From Nemertoderma westbladi (taxonomy: Eukaryota; Animalia; Xenacoelomorpha), in contig JAUCBJ010007224.1 in assembly GCA_032718475.1 (NCBI GenBank), positions 79,649 through 143,648 on the forward strand: a stretch of DNA of 64,000 nucleotides. Direction: 5' to 3'. A program made the translations under genes and the position numbers. Below are positions 25,230 to 36,927 of this stretch, in pieces. The first letter of the stretch is position 1; every line of letters begins with the position of its first letter. The notes beneath the pieces were generated by a model. That model was not told the DNA's origin. It ran no database searches and saw only the letters and a list, made by a program, of their open reading frames with translations.

Positions 25230-25595
25230 AATGTTGCCTCTTCTTGCAATTCGAAATACAAAACTGCTGGAGTACCGTAACAGGATATGTTGTTATTTAG
25301 AAAGAACTCACGGAGACAATTCCAGGCAGCTATGGCCAACTTATCTCGGCTCTGCGTTCCTCCAGACTGCCACTGCATCTGTTCATTAGCGTATCATCAC
25401 CTAATGAATTGGCATGTTGTAATAGCTGCTGTCTTCCTTAAACTCCTGGTGGTAGTAACCCAGCTTTAATGAATGATGTCTTCAGATTTGGAACACAGAA
25501 AATATCGTGTTCGGTTTCGAATGTTCCCATGCTCAAGATGAAACATAGCAGAAACTTTAGCAGAATTTACAGTATAATTAACATTAGTATTATTG
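25230..25595 (-). pseudogene. Downstream remnant of the Helitron-like element split by the BEL insertion
   Basis: Decayed coding-like sequence flanking the TSD; contiguous with 36928 onward before the insertion. Confidence 0.4.
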
Positions 25596-25600
25596 ATGTT

Positions 25601-26847
25601 TGTTCGCGCTTTCAGACCTTTGGCAGTTTAACCCGCCAAATTAGGATGTCTTCTAGATAATAAATCGCTTTAGCCTCTAACAAGTATTTGATTCACTACA
25701 CTAGTTGAAACCAATCTGTGCGCGATCATTCACCCGTTGGATATACTCGGGAGATTGATTTCGACAGCTTAATCGTATTGCTATGTAAGCCTAATGTATT
25801 ATTCGACTGACAGTATTATATAATCTCTGACAATATTATTCACCTTCGGGGAATATTAACAGTTCCTTTAGGACGTGGCGCTCTATCTATATAAACAGAG
25901 TTATGACTTAAACTACTCACAACGATATGGCTCAGTTACAATTCACATATATGGCGCATTCTTTAGGAAATGCTTCGTTATCAGTCTCACTCATACACAA
26001 TGCTGCACAATACTGCACACTGATCTGCCGATCTTCACTGATTTTAGTCACATATAAAAGGAACACGGACCGAATCATGTAGGGTCTATCAAATAACATT
26101 AGATTCACTTCAAACCACTCAACATAGGTCGCAATCATTTATCTGTAACCTTTCTCTCTTACCTTCGGTATATCAAGAATATTGGGTTTTCGGGGTTATT
26201 TGTCGTTATTCCAAATATAATAATTCATCAACCATATTATGAAGAACTGACAGTAAATAGCAGTATAACAATATAAAAGTATGCACAGTGTTACACAGTA
26301 TGCAGTGTATGCAGTACTGCAGTATGCAGATAACGGATATATGTCCTTATAATTAAGCCTACTAGTGTAAGGCTAAAGCAGATTAGCACAAAATACTCCA
26401 AAGCCGTTCTTCCTGGCTTAGAATAACCAACACTGAACACTGATAAGAATAACTATAAGAATACCAGCTACCCTTATTCTACAAAGATCTCACCCACCAC
26501 AGAGAATGAGCATACAGATAGGAAATTCAGTTCAGTAGATCTGTGATAGGTCAAAATCAAAACCAACTCAAATCCTATTGGCAGATACAGAAAGCAGGGC
26601 TATGGGGCAACGTGGCAATATCAGCCGTTAGCCGTCGTCATGGTAGCGACACTGTTTTCAAGAGTATCGAGCTTTTTACGTCACGAAATTGTAGATTATG
26701 TCCTCTAAAGTACAAATACAGAAGAAATGGCTTTTATGTCCTCCAAAACACCAGTACAGCAAGGACACGGCCTTTTTATGCCTGGTAAACCAACCACAGA
26801 GTACTTTACGGGGATAATAACCGGCTAATAACGCAAAAGCTTTTACA
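25601..26847 (-). repeat. 3' LTR of BEL copy 2
   Basis: Nearly identical to 35676-36922 (about five substitutions noticed by eye). Confidence 0.95.
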
Positions 26848-27477
26848 CCGCTCCCAGAAAATGGGATTTAAGTCTATAAAATATAACAAATCACAGTTTC
26901 TAAAATATAAAGATACTCTAAACAGTTAGTCTTTCTTACGCAGATGGCGTTTACGCAGTTTTTGAGGCTAGCAAGAGTCCTTTTCTCTTTGGGGCGAGCC
27001 ACTTTACTAGGAGGGCTATAAATCCTGGGTGAAAGGTGCAATATGATGAAGGTGTAGGATTATGGTCGGGGTATCCGCCGTTTCGATATGCTTCTCCTCG
27101 AGCTGATTTTCCTCCGCTCGTAGCTGGATACGTTCATCCAAAACTCTCGCAGAGAATAGGGTTTTCTAAGCTTGATATCTTCTTAGAGATTCGAGATTTC
27201 CCAATCGAACTGAGATAAGGCCAATTCGTTTATCGATTGGACTTACTGTTATAACTTACGTTTATCTGAACAAACGCAGGTTTCTTTTTTGATCTTTATA
27301 GAATAGCGTTTAACTCGTTTCGTACAACGCTCTCCTTCACCTTGATGAAGGGTTGTATCGCGTTAAACGGGAACGACCATACGGTTGGATAGTGATATTA
27401 GGTGTCCGCGTCACAATCCGGCTAGGTAAGATGGGCGGCTAGCTAGAAATCACTGTCGGAGTGTTACCGATTAATTG

Positions 27478-28326
27478 TTAGGGTAGCACTAGATCTTTGA
27501 ACAGTGAATACAGTCCGCGAGGATCCGCGACACCACCAGGATCGCAGGTCTGAGGTCCAACTAAGGAATGAGGAGGTTTGACCGAGTATTCAGGGACTCT
27601 GATCGTAGGTTTACTCCAGGATCGTTCGAGCCGAGTGAGCATAGGTGATACGTCAAACAAGTTTCGCTCGAAACTCCAGTAAATATAACGAGCACAACTG
27701 TGTTTAACACAACGTTTCCGTGGATGTTTATGTCTTTCCGTTTATTAGTTGGGTCTAGGGCATTTATCGTAATAATACCAAAGACGCACGTCTGGTAGGG
27801 GAAACGCGGATGATATTTATTTGTTGTTACAATGCTTCTATCAAGAATACCAAATATATGTTGGAGTTACCGCGTTTATTTGTTTCTTTAGTGTCTTTTC
27901 TTTCGAGTCGATTTCGAATAGAATTTTCGCATTCGAATTTCAGTTTATGGTTCCGACTCCGCTGGGCAGGATATATAGTCGACATAGTCCGTATTATGTA
28001 AATCGATAGGATGACCAGTAGTTAAGAAGACCATATACGTACCATTACGCTGCGTATATCGAGCAGCGAATTTTCTATAGTCCAACTCGCGCGAGCTGCT
28101 CTTGGGACATTGGCGGTTTGATATAACGACCATCGTCCTCCGCAGCAGTTGGACTAACGTCGCCGCGTATTAAGCTATCAACAAACGCTTGTAAAAGTAG
28201 AGTATATCGCTCCCCGATACTAAGACCATCTTCTATCAACTCCGTCATATCTGCTATATATGAGTTTATCCATATTATAATGAGTTTATATTTAGGCGAG
28301 TGGGCGTCGCTGCCTACCCCAATCAA
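27478..28326 (-). pseudogene. Decayed extra ORF in the 3' region of BEL copy 2
   Basis: ORF pieces 28075-28326 and 27478-27660 share one frame with scattered stops; KPTIRVPEYSV resembles EPTIRVTRDTV of the 55864-57195 ORF. Confidence 0.4.
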
Positions 28327-29698
28327 CCCCCGGACAGTACGAGATCCTCAGCACCGATGTGTCGTCGCCGCTGTACTTTCGCCAACGACGTAGCCGCACA
28401 ACGACAACGACAACCGGCACAAGTCACTCGACTGTCCGTCCCAAAGGCTTAGATACACCTCAGGTTCTTACTGGAGAGTTAGGGTTACTTTCACAATTGC
28501 GACTCGCTACTGTAAACACACCTTAGTAGTAACATTCGCCTATAAACTCACAAATACCACACACACAACTTGTCACAAATTACACACACTCGGGTCACTT
28601 GTCCGTTAGTCAATGCCTTCCAGAATGTCACTGTATTATTATGTATCCTTGGATACTATCAGTGCACTATTTATTCCCTATGCTATTCAATGGGACAAGC
28701 TTTCTATTGTTCTCTTAACTCAATTCTAATTCTAGCGTGGTTGTTGCTATGGTGACATTATGTAAAGCTAGCGGTAGAATTAGGGTAACTCCAATGCATA
28801 CAGATCTGGGATGTTATTTAATAGTAATTCTTTAATAGTCAATGTCCTGTTTTATACATGACTTTATGAATTTTATCGGCTATTGACTATGTTTGGGAGA
28901 CTTCGCACACTCATGCTCATAATAAGATAAATCTCCGCTCCCTTGATCTATTAATTAATGGAATTTTGGGAATGTTATAAATTGCGTAAAAATGGCAATT
29001 TATTAAATTCATTAAAAGGCATGAATTTAAATTTATTCCCTGAAATTTTATTATTTGATAATTAAATTGACATATTTTGATTCTAGAACATGTCTGGGGA
29101 CACAAGATCCTTAATTCTATGACAATTGTCTTTTTAAGAATATCGGTAAATGCTACGATATCTTAATTGACTAGAATTGTTGAAGGATCTGAATATTACA
29201 GATATGCAGATATAGCTACTATATGTATTATTATATACGGTATGAGAGCAATATCGCACGAAGCAATGTCAGTGTGAAGAGGCAAGTCGTTTCCAAGGTC
29301 TACCCAGAGCTTGGTTTAGCCGAGACACGAGGATCTGAACTTTGCATTCCTAATACTCTGCCTACCAATAATACTTAAATATAGTAGTGGCTTTATTGTA
29401 CTTTAATAAGTACGGACATTTCATCTTACTGTAGTCACGTATTTATAATATGATACGGACAGTAAGGAAAGAGGAAAATAATTATTTCTTGCCGTCGCCT
29501 TAAATATAATATATACGTAATTAAGTAATAAACGCGAATATATATTGCACTAATCTACTAAATAATCGCTAAAATAACATTCTACTGAATAAAATTAAAG
29601 AAAACGATTATAATAAAATTACATAGTAATACATACAGAAATATAAAAATAATAAAATAATATAAAATAATAGAGTCACGCACCCACTCCATATGTTG

Positions 29699-30333
29699 TT
29701 ACGTTATGGAGTCCCTAGATGTTTGAAGGATTAGGGAGGTGGTCGTGGGAAGAGAATCTTGCCTTCCACAGTTTCCGGAGAGTCCTCCATTCCCTTCCGG
29801 TAAACACAAACGACCGACTGGGTGATTGAGTCGCTGCATCCCGAATACAATTCCAGGTTTCCTCTTCGTCCTGGAATAGTGACGATAGAAACATCGCTCT
29901 AAGTACACGACGGCCTTACAAAGCCGATTCCAGGAGCTATAGTGGTCCGTCGCTCCCTGCAGGAGAGGTGAGAGTCCCTGCGAGACGTCTGATGTTCTAG
30001 AGCTCCAATCGCTCTCTCTGATCTTCATGAAGGATCCACTCGCGGTGGGGAGGTCCAGATCCACGGCGTCGTCCCTGGCAATATGTAATACCGACAGATC
30101 TATCCCGGGTTCAAATAACTCCGCTCCACCCGTCCGGGTTTTAGGTTTAACTTTCTCCGCTCCCTTGGCTGGTCTAATCTCAGTCGGAGTAAGATGGGGA
30201 GGCCATTCATCCTCCTTACTCAGGAAGTCGGGTTCACCTAACCGGTCTGTAGTATCTGTCAGTTCTTGAGGAGTTGCTCCTCTGGAAGCGATGTCAGTTG
30301 GATTAAACTTCTTGGGGCAATATCTCCATTGAT
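29699..30333 (-). pseudogene. Residual pol pieces of BEL copy 2 (post-RNase H segment fused to integrase C-terminal tip)
   Basis: WRYCPKKFNPTDIASRG..PDFL..WP; YSSWNRL; then HPVGRLCL (integrase end). Confidence 0.75.
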
Positions 30334-33318
30334 CTACATTGGAGCTAATATCGTCATTATCTGAGGAGTATATGGTGTTCCCTCAGTTGGGTCGTCTCCC
30401 TCACTAGTATCATCTTCCCATTCACTCACCTGGCAGACGCGATCTTGAAGCAGTCTTTCTCTGAGCGTTCTACGGGAAGGTCCAGTAAGGTACCAACCTA
30501 CTCTAGTTCTTACCGCATAGGTCTGAAGTGGTTGCGGTTGAGTAGGTCGTTTCTCTAATGTCTCCAGCGCCTCATGCGCGTTTTGACCGATTAATATTTG
30601 TACTCCAGGATAATCGGTGTCGAATCTAGGGATGTTAAGTTGTTGGGCATGATCATCTTCGTCCCAATTATAAGGTTCCACTTGGGTGGTAGCGAAGTTC
30701 TTTATTGCCACCATTTTTACTGACCTTATACTGTATTCTCCTAGTTTATCCTGTGGAGTGGACAACTCACCTATATAATAGTCGGCAGCTACAGTAGAAT
30801 TCCAAACCTGCATGATCCCTGACATGTTTAGCTTGGTTCGGAACTTGGGTTGTCCAGCAAAGATGACTTCGGCTAGTTCTTTATCGATGAATGTTCCTGT
30901 GCTACCGGAGTCCAGGAGGGCGTTCACTATATAGCTCTTCTGAGGTCCGTGGACCCGTAACTGGACTACAGGAAATTCTCGGATTCCTATATTGGAAGTT
31001 GGCGCTTTCCAAGATGGTTGTTGATCTGAAGTAGTTAGGGTGAGGTCGCTGTCTGTGTCTTTCTCATACATGAGTGCTCGATACACTGCGGTGGTGTTTA
31101 TTACGTAACAGGATTCGTTTTCGTCGGAGAACTCGTCCGTATAGAATCCTTCCATCTCAGATTGATCAGTGTCGTTCACATCACTGAATTGGACATGTAG
31201 TTCGGACTCACTTACCTGACTCGGGCTGTTTCGTTCGAATTCCGTGTGCAACAAGATATGATGTTTTGCGCCGCACTTTGCACACCTTGCGTCGGAGTAA
31301 CAGGTTCGCCGTTGGTGTCCTCGTCTGAGGCAATTATAACACAACCGCTTATCCCACATGACTTCACGTCTATCCTTTAGTGATTTCCTCAGGAATTTAT
31401 CACACGCATTTAAACGATGGGGCCCGTCGCACAGCACACATTTCGGCTTGATGTTACTTACTTTAACCTGTGCTATGTGGTGCACACTTGTTCTTTCCTC
31501 GGGCTTTCTCACCTGAATTCTTTTAGGAGACGTAAGAAGGGTTTTTTGTACCGGTTCCCTTCTGTCATTGGGTCGAGACTCGGATTTACTTACCTGATCT
31601 TTAGGCATTTTATTAACATAATAAGATCTGTCAGTGTCTTTCCCGCTGTCCTCTCCTTGAGAAGTTTGGCTTTCACCGTCGTCGGTATAACATACTGGTG
31701 TTACCCTTCTCCTAGAAATGGGTTTCTCACTTACCTTACTTTCCGCTGTCTTCTCTCTGGACTGCTTTATGAGCTGTAATTTCACCTCGCTATCCAAGAA
31801 TGACATGAGATCAGCCATGGTAGGGTCTCGTTGTTGTTGTTCCATCATATATAACACCTTCTTGTCCCAGCGTGTACCTACTCCACCCTTGGGCAAAGTA
31901 GATGCTAAGGCTCCTACAACCATAGAATTCTGGTATTCATGAGACTTACCTAACCAATCTAGTTGTCTACAGATCTCCTGAATCTCATCGGAAAACTCTA
32001 TAATCCCGCTGCTAAGAAACTTTCGGGGCGCCATTAATTTCGCATATAAATACCTAGCTATGTTAGTCCTATTACCATACCTGATGTTTAGTGTATCCCA
32101 AACTTGTCTTAATCCATCTGGATGTCCAATAAATTTTAACGCCATTGACTTGGGAGGTCCTTCCAAACATTCGATGAGGAATCTAAGTTTCTCTCCGTTA
32201 GATAGTACAGAGTTCTGTATGTTATCTTTGTAATATTCATTAAAAGGTAACCATTTCATCTCATCTCCATTGAACTTGACGATCTCTCCAACCTTTACCG
32301 CTTGTCGGGCTTCGGTTCTAGCCATTTGGCGTGTAAAACTTTCTTGAGCCATCGCATTATCGAATAGAGAATTATCGGTATATAAGTTTCTCGGATTATT
32401 ATCAAGTCTAGATGAGATATCATTATCAACAGGTTTATAATTACCCTTAATAGGGTTCACTATAGGAGTTTCTATTTCGCTAGCAGTATAGATGCGTGTA
32501 GGCTCCACACCTTGCGCATGGGATACTTCAGACCTAACGGGTTGACACATTGTTACAGGGGGTGGTGGTATACCCTTTTGTAAATTGACTAATTTATCGC
32601 GTTCTAACGCGATACTTTGCTGCACCTTTTGCAACTCTAACCTACTTTCCCTTACTGTTCCCTTGAGTTGCTGAACAGTCTCTTCCATTTCCCGGACCTG
32701 CTGAGAGGAGAACAAACAGTGTTCCCTCAGCTGCTCGAGCAGGAGACCCATCTCCCGTCGTCCCTCAGCTACCCACTCAACCGCCGAAGCGGGAGTCGCC
32801 AACGTTGTAGCGGGCGAGCGAGAGACGACGGGCGATAAATTCTTAATATCTCGCTCGGCGTCCAGGATGGGTTCGGACTCGGGAACAGTCCTACTGGGCA
32901 CAGGTAGTTTAGTACTGTGCAAAGGGAATCTAGAGGTGGTTTCTGGGAGCACAGGTGTCTCTAGCACCGAAGGGGTGTCTTCGAGAACAGGCCTAATTAT
33001 TTCAGGCTCATCTGTTATAGTAGGGAGTCTTTCTACTGTAATAATTTGGTCTGTGGATTCTGTACCACAGAGAGTTCTGTAATACGCTAGATAGTCTGCA
33101 CTATCCAGATGCATTCTCACCTCAGGAGGTACCCTCCGCTTGAGCATCCGTCTACGTCCGCTTGAACGAGATTTATTACCTCTACCTTCGGGATCTCTTA
33201 TATCACCTTCATCGGAGGAGGCAAATCCCTGTCTTCCGATTTGTCTCCTCAAGTCTGCTTCTGCCACTGCCTCTGCCGCTTTTCTTTCCGCTTCTGCTGT
33301 TGCCATTGCCTCTGCCAC
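30334..33318 (-). CDS. gag: BEL/Pao Gag-protease polyprotein, truncated before RT
   Basis: 994-aa open frame; KFNGDEMKWLPF..EKLRFL..RYGN; three Cys/His motifs CVLCDGPHRLNAC, CYNCLRRGHQRRTC, CAKCGAKHHILLH; protease ALLDSGS. Confidence 0.9.
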   Translation of the reverse strand: MAEAMATAEAERKAAEAVAEADLRRQIGRQGFASSDEGDIRDPEGRGNKSRSSGRRRMLKRRVPPEVRMHLDSADYLAYYRTLCGTESTDQIITVERLPTITDEPEIIRPVLEDTPSVLETPVLPETTSRFPLHSTKLPVPSRTVPESEPILDAERDIKNLSPVVSRSPATTLATPASAVEWVAEGRREMGLLLEQLREHCLFSSQQVREMEETVQQLKGTVRESRLELQKVQQSIALERDKLVNLQKGIPPPPVTMCQPVRSEVSHAQGVEPTRIYTASEIETPIVNPIKGNYKPVDNDISSRLDNNPRNLYTDNSLFDNAMAQESFTRQMARTEARQAVKVGEIVKFNGDEMKWLPFNEYYKDNIQNSVLSNGEKLRFLIECLEGPPKSMALKFIGHPDGLRQVWDTLNIRYGNRTNIARYLYAKLMAPRKFLSSGIIEFSDEIQEICRQLDWLGKSHEYQNSMVVGALASTLPKGGVGTRWDKKVLYMMEQQQRDPTMADLMSFLDSEVKLQLIKQSREKTAESKVSEKPISRRRVTPVCYTDDGESQTSQGEDSGKDTDRSYYVNKMPKDQVSKSESRPNDRREPVQKTLLTSPKRIQVRKPEERTSVHHIAQVKVSNIKPKCVLCDGPHRLNACDKFLRKSLKDRREVMWDKRLCYNCLRRGHQRRTCYSDARCAKCGAKHHILLHTEFERNSPSQVSESELHVQFSDVNDTDQSEMEGFYTDEFSDENESCYVINTTAVYRALMYEKDTDSDLTLTTSDQQPSWKAPTSNIGIREFPVVQLRVHGPQKSYIVNALLDSGSTGTFIDKELAEVIFAGQPKFRTKLNMSGIMQVWNSTVAADYYIGELSTPQDKLGEYSIRSVKMVAIKNFATTQVEPYNWDEDDHAQQLNIPRFDTDYPGVQILIGQNAHEALETLEKRPTQPQPLQTYAVRTRVGWYLTGPSRRTLRERLLQDRVCQVSEWEDDTSEGDDPTEGTPYTPQIMTILAPM

Positions 33319-34689
33319 CTTCCTTTCAAGACACTGTCCAAGTCTAATTTTGTTTGTACAGTTGAATGCCTACTGCTATATTACAGTTAAAGCAAGTCTA
33401 GTAATTCAGTATCACTGCTAGCCTAGTAATTAATTACCGATACTGCTACTCAGTGTAGTGTGATATATATAATATATTAGAATACCGGTATGCTTATAGT
33501 ATATATAACTATATAAGTATTATTACAGACTAGGTTTATCACAGAATACCGGTATAATTTTAGCACAAATATATATAGATATATAATAGGCCTATCAGGG
33601 AATACCGGTATACAGCTTACAATTTGTAGTATATATAATTCTGGACTAGAATTAATTACAAGTACCGGTATAATTTCAGCCTAAATTTATAGAAATAAAG
33701 ATAATAGGCCTATCGTAAATACCGGTATATCAATTATTTTAAATAATTGAATTTCTGAATTTTAGGGTTACTTGGTTACTTTACTTACTTTATTACCGTT
33801 ATTTGAGCAGTAATCCAACTGATATTGAGACCTAATGGTTGTATGGTAGGCCTACTATTTATAAATCGTTAGATTTGATTTATAATATATATATACCCGT
33901 TTTAATGGGTTTTGTCAATGTTGAAATAAATGTTATTACTTCTGGGGAGTAATCACTACACAAAGCGTTGCGCTTTCAGTGAAGTGTTACTTATAGGACA
34001 CTAAAACAAATAATGCTAATTTACCTAAGTTACTTAATACTACAAATTACGTACAATTCGGGTGAGATTACAATCTCTAAATAAACACAAAAAATTTACA
34101 AAAACACAAAATACGAATTTTTAGGGTAATTTTACAAGAAGTCTACAAACCAGCCTAACAAAGGGTTAGAATCTGGTTATTACAACGGACAGGGTACTAC
34201 GGTATTTGAAAATAATAAGTAGTAGTAAATACACTGCGTTGTCCAGATAGGAAAATACAACCGCCTGACGACCTATAGCCGTATCGATATAGGTACTACG
34301 TTATGTATCACGGAGTGTCCCTACCTAGAAGTTAATAGAGCTAATCGAACGTGCCTATCAACCACTTTACAACACAAATATAATGTCTACACTAATTACT
34401 TTCGGAAAGTACTGTACACTAAACCCTAAATTAGCTACGAGTACTTGTACAACATATAATCAGTAGTTAAATATACTTGAACAGCTAAAAGAACCACGGC
34501 ATCTGCTGGAGTGACTGGTGCACAAAATCACCAGTCTTTACCTACGCCAAGCAGCCCGTGTAGTACCGGGGTTAATTTAACTATAGCGGTATGTATAACA
34601 AACACAATTACTGTAGGAACAAACTTGGGGAATGAATGTTGCGAATAATCGCATAAACTCTGGTTAATAAATATTACGCTACGCGTACA

Positions 34690-35235
34690 AACCACTCAAA
34701 CAAAATGCAGACCAAATACCGACAGACTACCAACAAGCCTAAATAAACTACAGGACATGCAGACTCCGAAATGATTAGGTAGTATGCGTTCTAACCCAGT
34801 AGTATGACTTATTCTTTAGTTGGGGGTTTACCTTACAGCATTCGCTGCCCCTACTTCCTAACCGTTCTTTATCGGACAAGTGATCTACACACACTGCAAT
34901 CCGTTCAGACCTAATAACAGCCAGACAACTATCCAGCCTACAAATTATCTAAATAATATTATACGCTACCCGTACAGACTTACACAAACAAAGTACAGAC
35001 TAAACGATGGCAGACTACTCTCAAGCCTAAATAAACTACAGGACATGCAGACTCCGAAATGATTAGGTAGTATGCGTTCTAACCCAGTAGTACGACTTAT
35101 TCTTTAATTGGGGGTTTACCTTACAGCTTTTGCTGCCCCTACTTCCTAACCGTTCTTTATCGGACAGGTGATCTACACACACTGCAATCCGTTCAGACTT
35201 AACAGCAATCAGACAACAGCTCAGCCTACAAATTG
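34690..35235. repeat. ~290-bp tandem duplication in the BEL copy 2 leader
   Basis: caagcctaaataaactacaggacatgcagactccg... block occurs at about 34734 and about 35022. Confidence 0.85.
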
Positions 35236-35409
35236 TCTGTACAATCTGATCAGGCTTACACGCCTTCTGTTCAATATTGACCTACAAATAAATAAAACTG
35301 ACAGAAATAGGCCTAAGTAAAATCCCAATAAAAACCAGGCGTCCCCGATTAATTATTAAGACCTACCGGCTTATAATTATCAAAATCGAATAATACTAAT
35401 GTACTTATA

Positions 35410-35545
35410 CTGGAAGTACCAGTTAGGACAGTTGGGCCTACGGACCTACAGAAGTACCGGTTCTGGCAGTTGGACCTACGGGCCTACAGCAGTACCGGTT
35501 CTGGCAGTTGGGCCTACTGACCTACAGAAGTACCGGTTCAAGTTT
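35410..35545. repeat. ~37-bp tandem repeat x3 in the BEL leader
   Basis: cagaagtaccggttctggcagttgggcctac repeated. Confidence 0.7.
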
Positions 35546-35664
35546 ACCGGTTGACCGGTATTTTCAACTTTATTGCTTACTGCAATAAAGAAGCTATATC
35601 CGTTATTGTTCTTACCAGAACAATATTAAACTATATTTAATCCCTACACTGCAATACAGACTAA

Positions 35665-35675
35665 ATATCCGTTAT
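35665..35675 (-). promoter_or_regulatory. Primer-binding-site position of BEL copy 2 (non-tRNA; complementary to LTR 36405-36415)
   Basis: Sense sequence directly after the LTR-end CA is ATAACGGATAT, with no TGG. Confidence 0.55.
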
Positions 35676-36922
35676 TGTTCGCGCTTTCAGACCTTTGGCA
35701 GTTTAACCCGCCAAATTAGGATGTCTTCTAGATAATAAATCGCTTTAGCCTCTAACAAGTATTTGATTCACTACACTAGTTGAAACCAATCTGTGCGCGA
35801 TCATTCACCCGTTGGATATACTCGGGAGATTGATTTCGACAGCTTAATCGTATTGCTATGTAAGCCTAATGTATTATTCGACTGACAGTATTATATAATC
35901 TCTGACAATATTATTCACCTTTGGGGAATATTAACAGTTCCTTTAGGACGTGGCGCTCTATCTATATAAACAGAGTTATGACTTAAACTACTCACAACGA
36001 TATGGCTCAGTTACAATTCACATATATGGCGCATTCTTTAGGAAATGCTTCGTTATCAGTCTCACTCATACACAATGCTGCACAATACTGCACACTGATC
36101 TGCCGATCTTCACTGATTTTAGTCACATATAAAAGGAACACGGACCGAATCATGTAGGGTCTATCAAATAAAATTAGATTCACTTCAAACCACTCAACAT
36201 AGTTCGCAATCATTTATCTGTAACCTTTCTCTCTTACCTTCGGTATATCAAGAATATTGGGTTTCCGGGGTTATTTGTCGTTATTCCAAATATAATAATT
36301 CATCAACCATATTATGAAGAACTGACAGTAAATAGCAGTATAACAATATAAAAGTATGCACAGTGTTACACAGTATGCAGTGTATGCAGTACTGCAGTAT
36401 GCAGATAACGGATATATGTCCTTATAATTAAGCCTACTAGTGTAAGGCTAAAGCAGATTAGCACAAAATACTCCAAAGCCGTTCTTCCTGGCTTAGAATA
36501 ACCAACACTGAACACTGATAAGAATAACTATAAGAATACCAGCTACCCTTATTCTACAAAGATCTCACCCACCACAGAGAATGAGCATACAGATAGGAAA
36601 TTCAGTTCAGTAGATCTGTGATAGGTCAAAATCAAAACCAACTCAAATCCTATTGGCAGATACAGAAAGCAGGGCTATGGGGCAACGTGGCAATATCAGC
36701 CGTTAGCCGTCGTCATGGTAGCGACACTGTTTTCAAGAGTATCGAGCTTTTTACGTCACGAAATTGTAGATTATGTCCTCTAAAGTACAAATACAGAAGA
36801 AATGGCTTTTATGTCCTCCAAAACACCAGTACAGCAAGGACACGGCCTTTTTATGCCTGGTAAACCAACCACAGAGTACTTTACGGGGATAATAACCGGC
36901 TAATTACGCAAAAGCTTTTACA
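35676..36922 (-). repeat. 5' LTR of BEL copy 2
   Basis: TGTAAAAGC...GCGCGAACA on the minus strand; matches 25601-26847. Confidence 0.95.
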
Positions 36923-36927
36923 ATGTT

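Larger units (their letters stand above)
25601..36922 (-). mobile_element. BEL/Pao LTR retrotransposon copy 2, non-autonomous internal deletion derivative with both LTRs and 5-bp TSD
   Basis: Two 1247-bp direct repeats reading TG...CA; TSD ATGTT at 25596-25600 and 36923-36927; PPT-like GGGAGCGG at 26848-26855; gag-protease ORF; RT and integrase core absent. Confidence 0.95.

Noticed and set aside
25875-26788. Identical small ORFs also found at 35950-36863
   Set aside because: A consequence of LTR duplication.
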